From an uncultured Pseudomonadota bacterium (GTDB lineage Bacteria > Oederibacteriota > Muellerivitia > Muellerivitales > Muellerivitaceae), in contig CAVYRH010000026.1 in the NCBI GenBank assembly GCA_963770835.1, positions 78,811 through 142,810 on the forward strand: a stretch of DNA of 64,000 bases, read 5' to 3'. Below, in pieces: positions 56,143 through 64,000 of this stretch. The notes below the pieces were generated by a model. The model saw only the letters and a program-made list of their open reading frames with translations. It did no database searches and was not told where the DNA came from. Both the position numbers and the translations under genes were made by a program. Within the stretch, counting starts at the first letter, position 1, and the number at the start of each line of letters is the position of its first letter.

Positions 56143-57426
56143 GTGAAAAAATTCGATGCCCTCGTCGTGGGCGGCGGGCCGGGCGGCTATACGGCGGCCC
56201 TGATGCTTTCCCAGCAGGGAAAGACCGTCGCGCTTTTTGAGAAAAGAAAAATCGGCGGCTCTTGCCTGCATGTGGGCTGCATTCCCACCAAGCTTTTGCA
56301 ATCCGCCGCCCACCGCTATTACACGCTTTCCAAGGAAGGCGCGGCCTGGGGCATCGAGGCCGACAACATCCGGTTCAATTTCCAGACCTTGGTGGACCGC
56401 ACCCAAAAGACCATTTCGATCCTCGAACGGGGCATCGTGGCCCAGCTTTCCGCCGCCAAGGTGGAAGTGGTGCAGGGCGAGGCCCAAGTCAAGGGCAAGG
56501 ACTTGGTGCAATGCAACGGCGGGGAATACCAGGGCAGATCCCTCATCCTGGCCATGGGCTCGAGGCCGCGGCGCCTTCCGGCCTTCCCGGTGGGGGGCAA
56601 CGTCGTCACCAGCGACGAACTCCTGGGCCAACCCCAATTTCCCAAGTCCCTTTTGATCGTGGGCGCGGGCGTCATCGGCCTGGAATTCGCCTGCCTTTAC
56701 GCGCAGCTGGGGGTGAAAGTGCGGATAGGCGACGTCCTGCCCAAGCTCCTTCCCAATATGGATGAGGAAATGGGGCAGGTGATCCTGAACTCGGTGCGCA
56801 AACTGGGCGTGGAAGTGGAGCTGGGCCTCCTGGAAGTGGCGCACAAGAATGAGGAGTTGATCCTGGTTTCCGCCGGACGCATGGCCAATTCCGACAACTC
56901 CGGCGTGGGTAACCTGGGCTTGAGGGCGCCGGGGGGCAAGATCGAAACCAACGGCTTCCTGGAAACATCGGTGCCGGGCGTTTTCGCCATCGGCGACCTG
57001 ACGGGGAAATATCCCTACGCCCACACGGCTTATGAGCACGCCCGAATCGTGGCGGCGCGTTTGGCGGGCGGGAAAGAGGAAATGGACGACGCCAAGGTGC
57101 CCCACGTGGTCTTTACCTCGCCGGAGATCGCCTCAGTGGGTTATACCGAAACCGAAGCCAAGATGCGGTTTAAGAACGCGAAAGCCTTGAAGCACAACTT
57201 CGCGGCCAACAGCAAGGCCCGCATCCTTGGGGAAATCGGCGGATGGTCCAAGACGGTTTATGACGGCGACACGGGCGTCATTTTAGGCGTCCACGTGACC
57301 GGCCCGGAGGCCACCGACCTGATCGGTGAGGCATGCGTTCTCGTGAGCCAAAAGATCACCCTTGATGCCCTGGACAAAGTGGTCCATCCCCACCCTACCT
57401 TGAATGAGATATTCGGTACTCATTGA
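56143..57426 (+). CDS. lpdA: Pyridine nucleotide-disulfide oxidoreductase, dihydrolipoyl dehydrogenase-like
   Basis: FAD fold DALVVGGGPGGYTAA, redox-active disulfide GGSCLHVGCIPTK, NAD fold LLIVGAGVIGLEFA, C-terminal dimerisation domain with HPHPTLNE; 427 aa (short for a canonical Lpd). Confidence 0.65.
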   Translation: MKKFDALVVGGGPGGYTAALMLSQQGKTVALFEKRKIGGSCLHVGCIPTKLLQSAAHRYYTLSKEGAAWGIEADNIRFNFQTLVDRTQKTISILERGIVAQLSAAKVEVVQGEAQVKGKDLVQCNGGEYQGRSLILAMGSRPRRLPAFPVGGNVVTSDELLGQPQFPKSLLIVGAGVIGLEFACLYAQLGVKVRIGDVLPKLLPNMDEEMGQVILNSVRKLGVEVELGLLEVAHKNEELILVSAGRMANSDNSGVGNLGLRAPGGKIETNGFLETSVPGVFAIGDLTGKYPYAHTAYEHARIVAARLAGGKEEMDDAKVPHVVFTSPEIASVGYTETEAKMRFKNAKALKHNFAANSKARILGEIGGWSKTVYDGDTGVILGVHVTGPEATDLIGEACVLVSQKITLDALDKVVHPHPTLNEIFGTH

Positions 57427-57639
57427 AGGTGGGGATGGAGGGGGCATGGGGGGGTTACCCCCATGGTTTTGGAAGGGTACACAGGGGAGCTTCCCTGTGA
57501 GCGCGAAGCGCCCATCCTCATCCAACTTTAAATGAGATATTCGGAACACATTAAGGATGTGAGTGAACGGGGAGTGGGGCGCAGCCCCACTGATTCGAGA
57601 CGGGGTATCATTAGGGGGACTTTCCCCTATGAGCGAAGC
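57401..57639 (+). repeat. Two tandem ~115-bp units, each starting with a copy of the last 30 nt of the lpd-like gene and containing two G/C-stem hairpins, ending ...tgagcg(cg)aagc
   Basis: Unit 1 57401-57509 (hairpins catggggggg-tta-cccccatg and cacagggg-agc-ttccctgtg). Unit 2 57530-57639 (gtggggc-gc-agccccac and taggggga-ctt-tcccctat). Unit-1 module matches addA 19481-19511 nearly exactly. Confidence 0.65.
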
Positions 57640-57647
57640 TGGAGGCT

Positions 57648-58058
57648 CTAGGTCCGGTTTTTCTGGACCGAATCCAACAAATCCTTTTGCCGGGGGGTAA
57701 GGGAGGACCAGTGCCTTTGCAGATATCCGGCGTTCTCCACGATTTGATGGAGGTAGAACTGGATGCCGGCTTGTTCATTGTTGATACGTTCCTGGAAGAC
57801 CTGTATTTCATCCGAAGAGAGCTGCCCCGCGGGCATGGCCGCCAAATTTTGCTGAAGGCGGGATAGGTCGACCTGAAGGAAATCCAAATCCGATTCGGCT
57901 TTTTGAAGGTGAGCCGCACGCGAAGGAATGTCCCCTTGAAGCCCGCCCTTTTTCACGTGATAGGCTGCTCCCGCGCTTCCAACGAGGAGTCCGGCACCAA
58001 TCAAAGCTAAAATGAATTTATTGGGTAGGTTCATTAAATGACTATTTGTAAATTCCAT
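57648..58058 (-). CDS. Hypothetical membrane-anchored protein
   Basis: 136 aa with N-terminal TM helix FILALIGAGLLVGSAGAAY and coiled-coil-like remainder. Confidence 0.4.
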   Translation of the reverse strand: MEFTNSHLMNLPNKFILALIGAGLLVGSAGAAYHVKKGGLQGDIPSRAAHLQKAESDLDFLQVDLSRLQQNLAAMPAGQLSSDEIQVFQERINNEQAGIQFYLHQIVENAGYLQRHWSSLTPRQKDLLDSVQKNRT

Positions 58059-58120
58059 GTAAATTAATATACCGCGAAAGAAACAATAAAACCAGGCCTA
58101 TTGATTGTTTTGCCCGAATT

Positions 58121-58645
58121 TTGGCTAAGTATGTCGTTGCTTGGGGAAGCTTACGAATCAGGCGCGGTTGCAGGGAGCCCGCGCAAGAAGCGAGTCCGAT
58201 AGGAAACGAAGGTTGTCCACGACGGGGAGGCGTTTTGTTGGATTCTTTAAAATGGGTGAAATTCCAGCATAAAGAGATTCTATCCGTAACATTCCTTAAA
58301 TGTTCAGAGGAAGAGTCCCTTATCCAACTGAAAAGCGTTGTCCATGAACTTTCCAGCCGGGAAAAGGGCGAAGTGCTGATGCTGGCCGACCTTACCCAGG
58401 CGAGTTTTTGGCCAAGGGTCGCTTTGGAATGGCAAAGGCAGCAGCAGTTCCTAAATTCCAAATGCTCGAAAGTCGCCGTGCTGGGGGCGATGGGTGTCAT
58501 TTCCATCGCGGTGCAGACCTTCCTCAATGTGGCCCAAGCCGGGGGACTCCGGGTCGGGGAAAAGGCCCGGTTCTTTGAGAATCCCGATCTGGCCAAAGAA
58601 TGGCTGGTGAGTGAGGATGGACAATGGCCAAGGATGGTTGGGTGA
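58121..58645 (+). CDS. Hypothetical protein, possibly STAS/anti-sigma-antagonist-like; true start probably downstream of 58121
   Basis: Core EILSVTFLKCSEEESLIQLKSVVHELS...VLMLADLTQASFWP...KVAVLGAMGVISIAVQTFLNVAQAGGLRVGEKARFFENPDLAKEWL is reminiscent of STAS-type folds; weak. Confidence 0.3.
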   Translation: MAKYVVAWGSLRIRRGCREPAQEASPIGNEGCPRRGGVLLDSLKWVKFQHKEILSVTFLKCSEEESLIQLKSVVHELSSREKGEVLMLADLTQASFWPRVALEWQRQQQFLNSKCSKVAVLGAMGVISIAVQTFLNVAQAGGLRVGEKARFFENPDLAKEWLVSEDGQWPRMVG

Positions 58646-58657
58646 GGAGGGTGATGG

Positions 58658-59944
58658 GTGGCACGAAAGACACGAAGCCTCTTAACGTTTCTGGCGGCGG
58701 TTTTCCTGCTGGGCGGGGCCGGGTGCGGGGCTCCCGAATCCAAACCCATCCTGTTGCGCTGGGCCACTTGGGGGGATGTTTCCGGAACCAATATCCTCCA
58801 GGCGGCGGTGGATGGATTCAAGAAAGCCCATCCCGGAGTGGAGGTCCGGTTGGAACGCACCCCCTTCGGCGAATATACCAGCAAACTCTTGGTTCAATAT
58901 TCGGCGGGAATGGCCCCCGACGTCATGGCGGTGAATTGCGACATGCTGCCCGCTTTCGCGGCCAAGGGGGTCCTGGCCGACCTCAAGCCTTACGTGGACA
59001 AAGACCCTTCGATCCAATTAAGCGATTATTTTCCCGAGGCGATTGACCACTACACCGTCCATGGGACTTTAACCGCCATCCCCAGCGACATTTCCCCCAT
59101 CTGCGTTATTTATTACAACAAGAAAAAATTCGACGAGGCCCGGTTGCCTTATCCCAAGGACGACTGGGATGTGGATCGGTTCCTTAAGACCGCTCAACAA
59201 TTGATGAAAAAAGATTCCCAGGGGAATGTCACCCAATACGGCTTTGTGGATGAGTGGCCCCTCTGGGACGCCTGGGTTTACACCTTCGGCGGGCAAATGG
59301 TGGATGACGAGAAAAAACCTACCCGGTGCACCCTGGATAGCCCCCAAGCCATCAGCGGGGTCCAGTTCCGGGCGGACCTGATGAACCGCTACAAGGTGAT
59401 GCCGGGCCCGGCCTATATCACAGCCATGGGGGGGCTGGGAAATTCCCAGCTTTTCATCAACGGGACCGTGGCCATGTACCACAGCGGCATCTGGCAATCC
59501 CCGGCTTTCCGGCAGATCAAGGATTTTGACTGGGACGTGGTGGAGTTTCCCAAGGGGCTCCACGGCCACCGGGGCTTTCCCATGGATGCGGCGGGATACG
59601 GGGTCTTGAAAGGCAGCGCCCATCCCGAACTGGCCTATGAGTTGGCAAAGTACCTGACCGGGGAAGACGCGGAAAAGTACATCGGGGCAACGGGGCTGAT
59701 CCAACCCGCCCTCCAAAAAGTGGCCCGATCTAAGGTATTCCTGGACGGGCAAAAGCCCCGCTCCAAGGGTTTCCTGCCGGGGTCGGTGAAGTACGGCCAT
59801 TACCGGTCTTTCGACCCCGATGTGATGGAGTGGACGAACTTGGTGGGTTCCGAATTGGACCGGGTTTGGGATGGTACCGAGACGGCCGCCCAGGCGCTGG
59901 GGAAGGCCGTCCGGGAAGTGAACGGGAAGTTTTTCCGGAAATAA
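58658..59944 (+). CDS. ABC transporter substrate-binding lipoprotein, carbohydrate (family 1 SBP) type
   Basis: Lipobox FLLGGAGC; 428 aa with type-1 extracellular solute-binding layout (WATWGD...GVEVRLERTPFGEYTSKLLVQYSAGMAPDVM...). Confidence 0.65.
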   Translation: MARKTRSLLTFLAAVFLLGGAGCGAPESKPILLRWATWGDVSGTNILQAAVDGFKKAHPGVEVRLERTPFGEYTSKLLVQYSAGMAPDVMAVNCDMLPAFAAKGVLADLKPYVDKDPSIQLSDYFPEAIDHYTVHGTLTAIPSDISPICVIYYNKKKFDEARLPYPKDDWDVDRFLKTAQQLMKKDSQGNVTQYGFVDEWPLWDAWVYTFGGQMVDDEKKPTRCTLDSPQAISGVQFRADLMNRYKVMPGPAYITAMGGLGNSQLFINGTVAMYHSGIWQSPAFRQIKDFDWDVVEFPKGLHGHRGFPMDAAGYGVLKGSAHPELAYELAKYLTGEDAEKYIGATGLIQPALQKVARSKVFLDGQKPRSKGFLPGSVKYGHYRSFDPDVMEWTNLVGSELDRVWDGTETAAQALGKAVREVNGKFFRK

Positions 59945-60105
59945 GATTCCAGGTGAAAATTGATTTTAGGCCTTATTAAAAGTCAAAAGGACTCACAAAA
60001 CCAACTAGCCACCGCTTGTGCAGTTTTCATTAAAAAAATTATTTAACAGAACTTTTTTTTGATCTTAAGGCAACTTATTGTCATGATCTTCGCGAAGGTC
60101 TTTAG

Positions 60106-62712
60106 TTGAAAGGATTGAATTTGCTAAAGCGACTATCCGTTATTTTTATCTTCTTATCGATCAGCTTTTTCATTTCAATTCCGGCGTCTACACAGACAAA
60201 AGATGTAAAGTTGGAATCCGAGCCTGAGGCCTTAAGCCAAAGATCTCTCCAAGTCTTTAACCACGATGTGACACTGACGAAGTCCGCGCCCGTAAGCTAT
60301 TCGTCCTCCTTCCAAACTTTGTTAAACCGCGTCAAACTTCACCAAGTAATAATAAATTTTAAAAGCATCGCCTCAAATCCCAGTCCGAAAAGCATCCAGC
60401 CTTTTAAATTCAAGATAAACCGCATCAAACCAACCGTCTTATCGGCTGCCCGAAATGGGAGCGGTGTGGCAAAAACCTTCCGGGACAGCCTCATCAAAAA
60501 ATCGGAGCCCGTCCTATTGACCTCCAAAGGCTACGTGCTTAAAAAAATACCTTACCAACTGACGACCTCCGGACTGGCATGGTGGGCGGGCCTGAAGTGG
60601 CATGGGCCGATTACTTGTTATACCTGTGGAAATCCCATCCCCCTCATCGGAACCACCATCTGCCCCTCAACGACTTCCGCGGTTACGGCCGATGATGGCA
60701 TCGACCATCCTTTTTCCGACGATATAAATCAAATGCTTTTGGCGGATAACAATCCCCAGGCGAATCGTTCCTTCGCGTTCCCCTTTGTGACGGAAACCCC
60801 CAATATCACCTTCTGCCTGCCCGCCTATCTTGTCTTTGTTCAACCCGATGGATACCAAAGCATCCAGGCCGATCCAGTCGCCGTCGAAGTTCAATCCTTG
60901 GTTCTTGACGCAGGTGGAAGCTCCATACCCGATTCCAAGGACCCGTCCGGTTTGGAATGGCAGCAGTACCCCGGCTCTTCAATCGCGGTAAGCCCAGGCG
61001 CGGGCGGGTTACCGATCAATTACGCGATTAATACTTTTGGGGATTTATGGGAAGTCAATCTGGGGTTTAATTCAGTCTCCACATCGCCTTTTGCTTTCCT
61101 GGAAGGGAACGCCACTTCCCAACCCGCCAACAATTTGCTCAATCTTTCAATTAACTTAACTAATGTCGCTACGGTCATTAGGTTCGTCATTTCGGATTGC
61201 AGCAAGGGAAATAACTGTTCGGATCCGGCCTCGGCTTCCCCGATTTTGACAACCTCCCCCATTGTCCTGGTGGATGAGCCAACGGCTTTTGCCCAGTTAA
61301 AAGTACAGCCGCTTTTTATCGTTTACGCCCCACCGGGGACTCAAAGCAGTTGTTCCTACCAGTTGGGGCAGTCCATCGTCTCAAGTTTCACCTTGGGGGC
61401 CTCCTCTACTTCTTCCCAGACCGATACCCAGGTCACTCAATCCAGCATCGGTTTTACGGCTTCCGCGGGGGGGGGCGGACAGGATCCCAACTCGGTCGAC
61501 CCAAGCGGAGGCGGGGGTGGCAATCCGGATTCCTTCCCCCTGTCCCCCGGCTTTAATTTCAGCACCTCCAACGGCTGGGACAACTCGACCCAAACGGTCT
61601 CCAGTTCTACTTTGACCAATGGTAATAGCATCCAGTTCGCGACATCCTCAACCCAGCAAATCAGTACCCAGCCGGTTACTTTGGATTCTTCCCATCAGGC
61701 CCCGTTTTGGAACGACCAATATTTTCTTTTGGTCCATCCCCAATATGTTTTATGGAATTTGTTGAACCCAACGGAAGGGCAGACCAGTTATATCCAATAC
61801 AACTTAATAGCCGCGAGCGATACGACCGTCCAGATTTCGGTGTATACATTGGACCAATGCGCCCAGGGGAATTGCGAACAAGCCTCCTTTGCCACGAATG
61901 GTTCGACGGAAACTTTAACACCCCAAGATTGCCAACAGCTTTTGACACTTGACCCTTTTTATGTCAATGGCCAGCACTTCCTCACCAACAACGCGCCGCC
62001 CAACAACACCAGCCCCGTCGGGTCGTGGGTGAAAACATTGACCGTGGGCTTGGGGTCGAAGGAAAATTACAGCGCCTTAAAAACATCCGTCACAGGATAC
62101 TCCGGCTCCTATGCAACCACCCTTACTTCCTCGATTACCTCCAGCACCGGGGTCACGACCTCCCTTGGATTCTCGGTTGGTTCAAGCAGCAGCTTGAAAT
62201 TGGGAATAAATGGAACCATCAGTAATTCCACCACCAACTCAACGACCAACAGCAACGCGAATTCCCAGGGAGTATCCATCAATTTAAGCGCCACTCAACA
62301 GGCCGCGGTATCGTTGATTCCGTCTCCGGGGTTTCCAATTTTCACTAAAATATTCACGAACAACAGTTATGGAACCTTGATGTTTCCAGCTTCGCCCCCC
62401 GCCGTAACCGGTTTATGCCCTTCCGCGACCCCCTACGCCACCGGCTGCCAATCGATAAGTTCGACATCGATGGCGGCTTCCGTCACCTGGGCCCAAGGAT
62501 CCCAAGAGTACATTGTTGGAAGCGGGTTCACGGACACCCAAAGCGTCCTTTTTGGAAGCCAGCCGGCCACTTTTTTAGTGAATTCCGACGACCTTATTTC
62601 CGTCACGGTGCCGACCGTCAACCCGGCCGCGACCGCGCCTTTCCAGTCGGAACTTTTCATCGCAGGGCTAGGGTTTCAAACATTGGACGTCGGACCCCTT
62701 TTCCTTCAATAA
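60106..62712 (+). CDS. Large secreted hypothetical protein (868 aa) with C-terminal IPT/TIG-like domain; lower-GC gene, TTG start
   Basis: Signal peptide LSVIFIFLSISFFISIPASTQT; Ser/Thr/Asn-rich beta-type sequence. C-terminal segment YIVGSGFTDTQSVLFGSQPATFLVNSDDLISVTVP resembles IPT/TIG. GC falls to about 42-52%. Confidence 0.5.
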   Translation: MKGLNLLKRLSVIFIFLSISFFISIPASTQTKDVKLESEPEALSQRSLQVFNHDVTLTKSAPVSYSSSFQTLLNRVKLHQVIINFKSIASNPSPKSIQPFKFKINRIKPTVLSAARNGSGVAKTFRDSLIKKSEPVLLTSKGYVLKKIPYQLTTSGLAWWAGLKWHGPITCYTCGNPIPLIGTTICPSTTSAVTADDGIDHPFSDDINQMLLADNNPQANRSFAFPFVTETPNITFCLPAYLVFVQPDGYQSIQADPVAVEVQSLVLDAGGSSIPDSKDPSGLEWQQYPGSSIAVSPGAGGLPINYAINTFGDLWEVNLGFNSVSTSPFAFLEGNATSQPANNLLNLSINLTNVATVIRFVISDCSKGNNCSDPASASPILTTSPIVLVDEPTAFAQLKVQPLFIVYAPPGTQSSCSYQLGQSIVSSFTLGASSTSSQTDTQVTQSSIGFTASAGGGGQDPNSVDPSGGGGGNPDSFPLSPGFNFSTSNGWDNSTQTVSSSTLTNGNSIQFATSSTQQISTQPVTLDSSHQAPFWNDQYFLLVHPQYVLWNLLNPTEGQTSYIQYNLIAASDTTVQISVYTLDQCAQGNCEQASFATNGSTETLTPQDCQQLLTLDPFYVNGQHFLTNNAPPNNTSPVGSWVKTLTVGLGSKENYSALKTSVTGYSGSYATTLTSSITSSTGVTTSLGFSVGSSSSLKLGINGTISNSTTNSTTNSNANSQGVSINLSATQQAAVSLIPSPGFPIFTKIFTNNSYGTLMFPASPPAVTGLCPSATPYATGCQSISSTSMAASVTWAQGSQEYIVGSGFTDTQSVLFGSQPATFLVNSDDLISVTVPTVNPAATAPFQSELFIAGLGFQTLDVGPLFLQ

Positions 62713-63090
62713 ATCCACTCAATATCCAGTGAGGGGTTTTTAAAAACCTCGATTACAACCAAGTTTTATTTTCTGTCCGTGTGGCTAACCAAAAGCGGCC
62801 AGGCTGGGCTTCCCCTTTTTCCTTTTATCGCAAGAATTCCCCCCGCCGCACACCGTCGAAAACTATTTCCAAAGAGCTTTTCATGGACATGACCCTCCCA
62901 ATGGCGACGCGGGGTGTTACTGGCAAAAATCCGCGTAAACGGAAGGGAGGAACCCGTGGAAAAATCCAGCTGCTGGGACAGGTGGCCGGCAAAACGGCGC
63001 AATTACAGGAACTGTTCATCACGGGACTTGCGCCCGGAGAAATCCCAGCGCCAGTTGGCCCCGGGGATTCGGCCCGGCGCGGCCGGGGCA

Positions 63091-63125
63091 TTGACTCAAC
63101 TGGGATAGGCGGTTAGCATCGTTCC
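63091..63125 (+). promoter_or_regulatory. Putative sigma70 promoter TTGACT-17-TAGCAT whose predicted +1 coincides with the ATG of the NHL-repeat gene (leaderless mRNA)
   Basis: ttgactcaactgggataggcggttagcatcgttccATG; -10 hexamer ends 7 nt before the A of the ATG at 63126; no Shine-Dalgarno sequence is possible. Confidence 0.35.
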
Positions 63126-64000
63126 ATGTCTTTTTCCCTGAAATTCATCGCGGGCCTCGGCACCCTTTGCCTGCTTTGGGCGGCCGCGCCCGGCGCCACA
63201 TGGGCTGATAACGGCACTGGGTCCCCCACAGCCACCCCCACCCCTACCGCCCTGCCCGGCCCGACCCCCACGGCCAGTGCCTTGTCCAGTGGTTGGGTCG
63301 GCGCGAAACTTTATACCTTTGACACCGTCTTCGGGAGCAAGGGCTCAGGCCCGGGCGAACTCGACGACCCCGAGGGCATTTGCGTGGGACCCGGCGACAA
63401 CCTTTACATCGCGGACACCAACAACAACCGCATCCAAGTGTGGAATAGCGATGGAAAGCCCGTCAAAACCATCGGCTCCTTCGGCATCTCCGCCACGTGG
63501 CGCAATGACCCCCAATTCGACCACCCCGCGGGGGTGCTGGCGGTCCCCGGCGGCCAGGTCTACGTCGCCGACACCAACAACAACCGCATCGTGTTGCTGG
63601 ACCCGGACGGGCTCGTCGTGCTGGCCTGGGGAAGCCAGGGAAGCCGCCACCGCCAGTTCAACCAGCCTCGGGTCGTGGCCCAGGACCATTTTGGGAACAT
63701 CTGGGTGCTGGATACGGGGAACTCTCGGGTCAGCAACTTCACTAACGACGGGAAACTCAACTTCGTCTGGGGGAAATTCGGCTCGAAGGACGGCTTCTTC
63801 AACTTTCCGATGGGGATGGCATTGAACCAGATCGACCAGGGCGTCATCTCCGATTCGGGAAACTTCCGCATGCAGATCTTCAACGACCGGTCGCCGTCCA
63901 ACGTCAATTATTCCCCGGTCACCGACGCCACGGGCGCCGTCACGCTGGAGCCCACCCCCGTCGACACCAGCCCCGTCACGGTGCAGGGCTGGTTCGGGGA
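63126..64000 (+). CDS. NHL-repeat (six-bladed beta-propeller) secreted protein, partial (runs off window end)
   Basis: Hand translation: MSFSLKFIAGLGTLCLLWAAAPGATWA (signal peptide), Thr/Pro linker, then NHL-like blades YIADTNNNRIQVW, YVADTNNNRIVLL, WVLDTGNSRVSNF, ISDSGNFRMQIF. No stop before position 64000; absent from the ORF track. Confidence 0.7.
   Translation, partial: MSFSLKFIAGLGTLCLLWAAAPGATWADNGTGSPTATPTPTALPGPTPTASALSSGWVGAKLYTFDTVFGSKGSGPGELDDPEGICVGPGDNLYIADTNNNRIQVWNSDGKPVKTIGSFGISATWRNDPQFDHPAGVLAVPGGQVYVADTNNNRIVLLDPDGLVVLAWGSQGSRHRQFNQPRVVAQDHFGNIWVLDTGNSRVSNFTNDGKLNFVWGKFGSKDGFFNFPMGMALNQIDQGVISDSGNFRMQIFNDRSPSNVNYSPVTDATGAVTLEPTPVDTSPVTVQGWFG

Noticed and set aside
1-64000. 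CRISPR arrays, rRNA genes, transposase or integrase genes
   Set aside because: No regularly spaced 25-40-bp direct repeats with unique spacers, no rRNA-like conserved stretches, and no ORF with DDE or tyrosine-recombinase motifs were seen. The mobile content here is limited to miniature non-autonomous repeats, a TA pair and low-GC islands.

Overview
High-GC (about 60-65%) bacterial chromosomal segment carrying about 50 genes, with three low-GC (about 40-50%) patches that look horizontally acquired. No rRNA and no CRISPR array; one tRNA-Val(CAC). Housekeeping genes, in window order: split YeeE/YedE sulfur-transporter-like pair, frameshifted purC, hldD, thiO-like FAD oxidase, clan GH-A glycoside hydrolase, YdeI-family protein, 1181-aa autotransporter, orphan HPr, ispH, CzcD-like CDF transporter, HMCES/YedK-like SRAP peptidase, queD, nadE, metallophosphoesterase, lipoate ligase family, lpd-like oxidoreductase, sugar ABC binding lipoprotein, partial NHL-repeat protein. 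Unusual content: (1) addB-addA (AddAB helicase-nuclease) is disrupted between the genes by a low-GC island carrying a hypothetical secreted-protein ORF, a diverged duplicate of the addA 5' end and a vapBC-like toxin-antitoxin pair. Both add genes also carry in-frame insertions of an ~85-bp TIR-bounded, double-hairpin miniature element. Related G/C-hairpin repeats sit in tandem after the lpd-like gene and, more loosely, in the nadE promoter region. (2) A ~19-kb array of six paralogous GT-C glycosyltransferases (PMT/TMTC-like membrane domain plus C-terminal TPRs) with two further polytopic membrane proteins and a low-GC acyltransferase-3 gene. The array is co-oriented and start/stop-coupled to hpnC-hpnD-hpnE (three-step squalene synthesis). 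(3) An arsS-like radical SAM gene with its AhpD-like partner, inserted next to a truncated aquaporin remnant behind a perfect palindromic operator-like site. All annotation is by eye from motifs; no searches were run.
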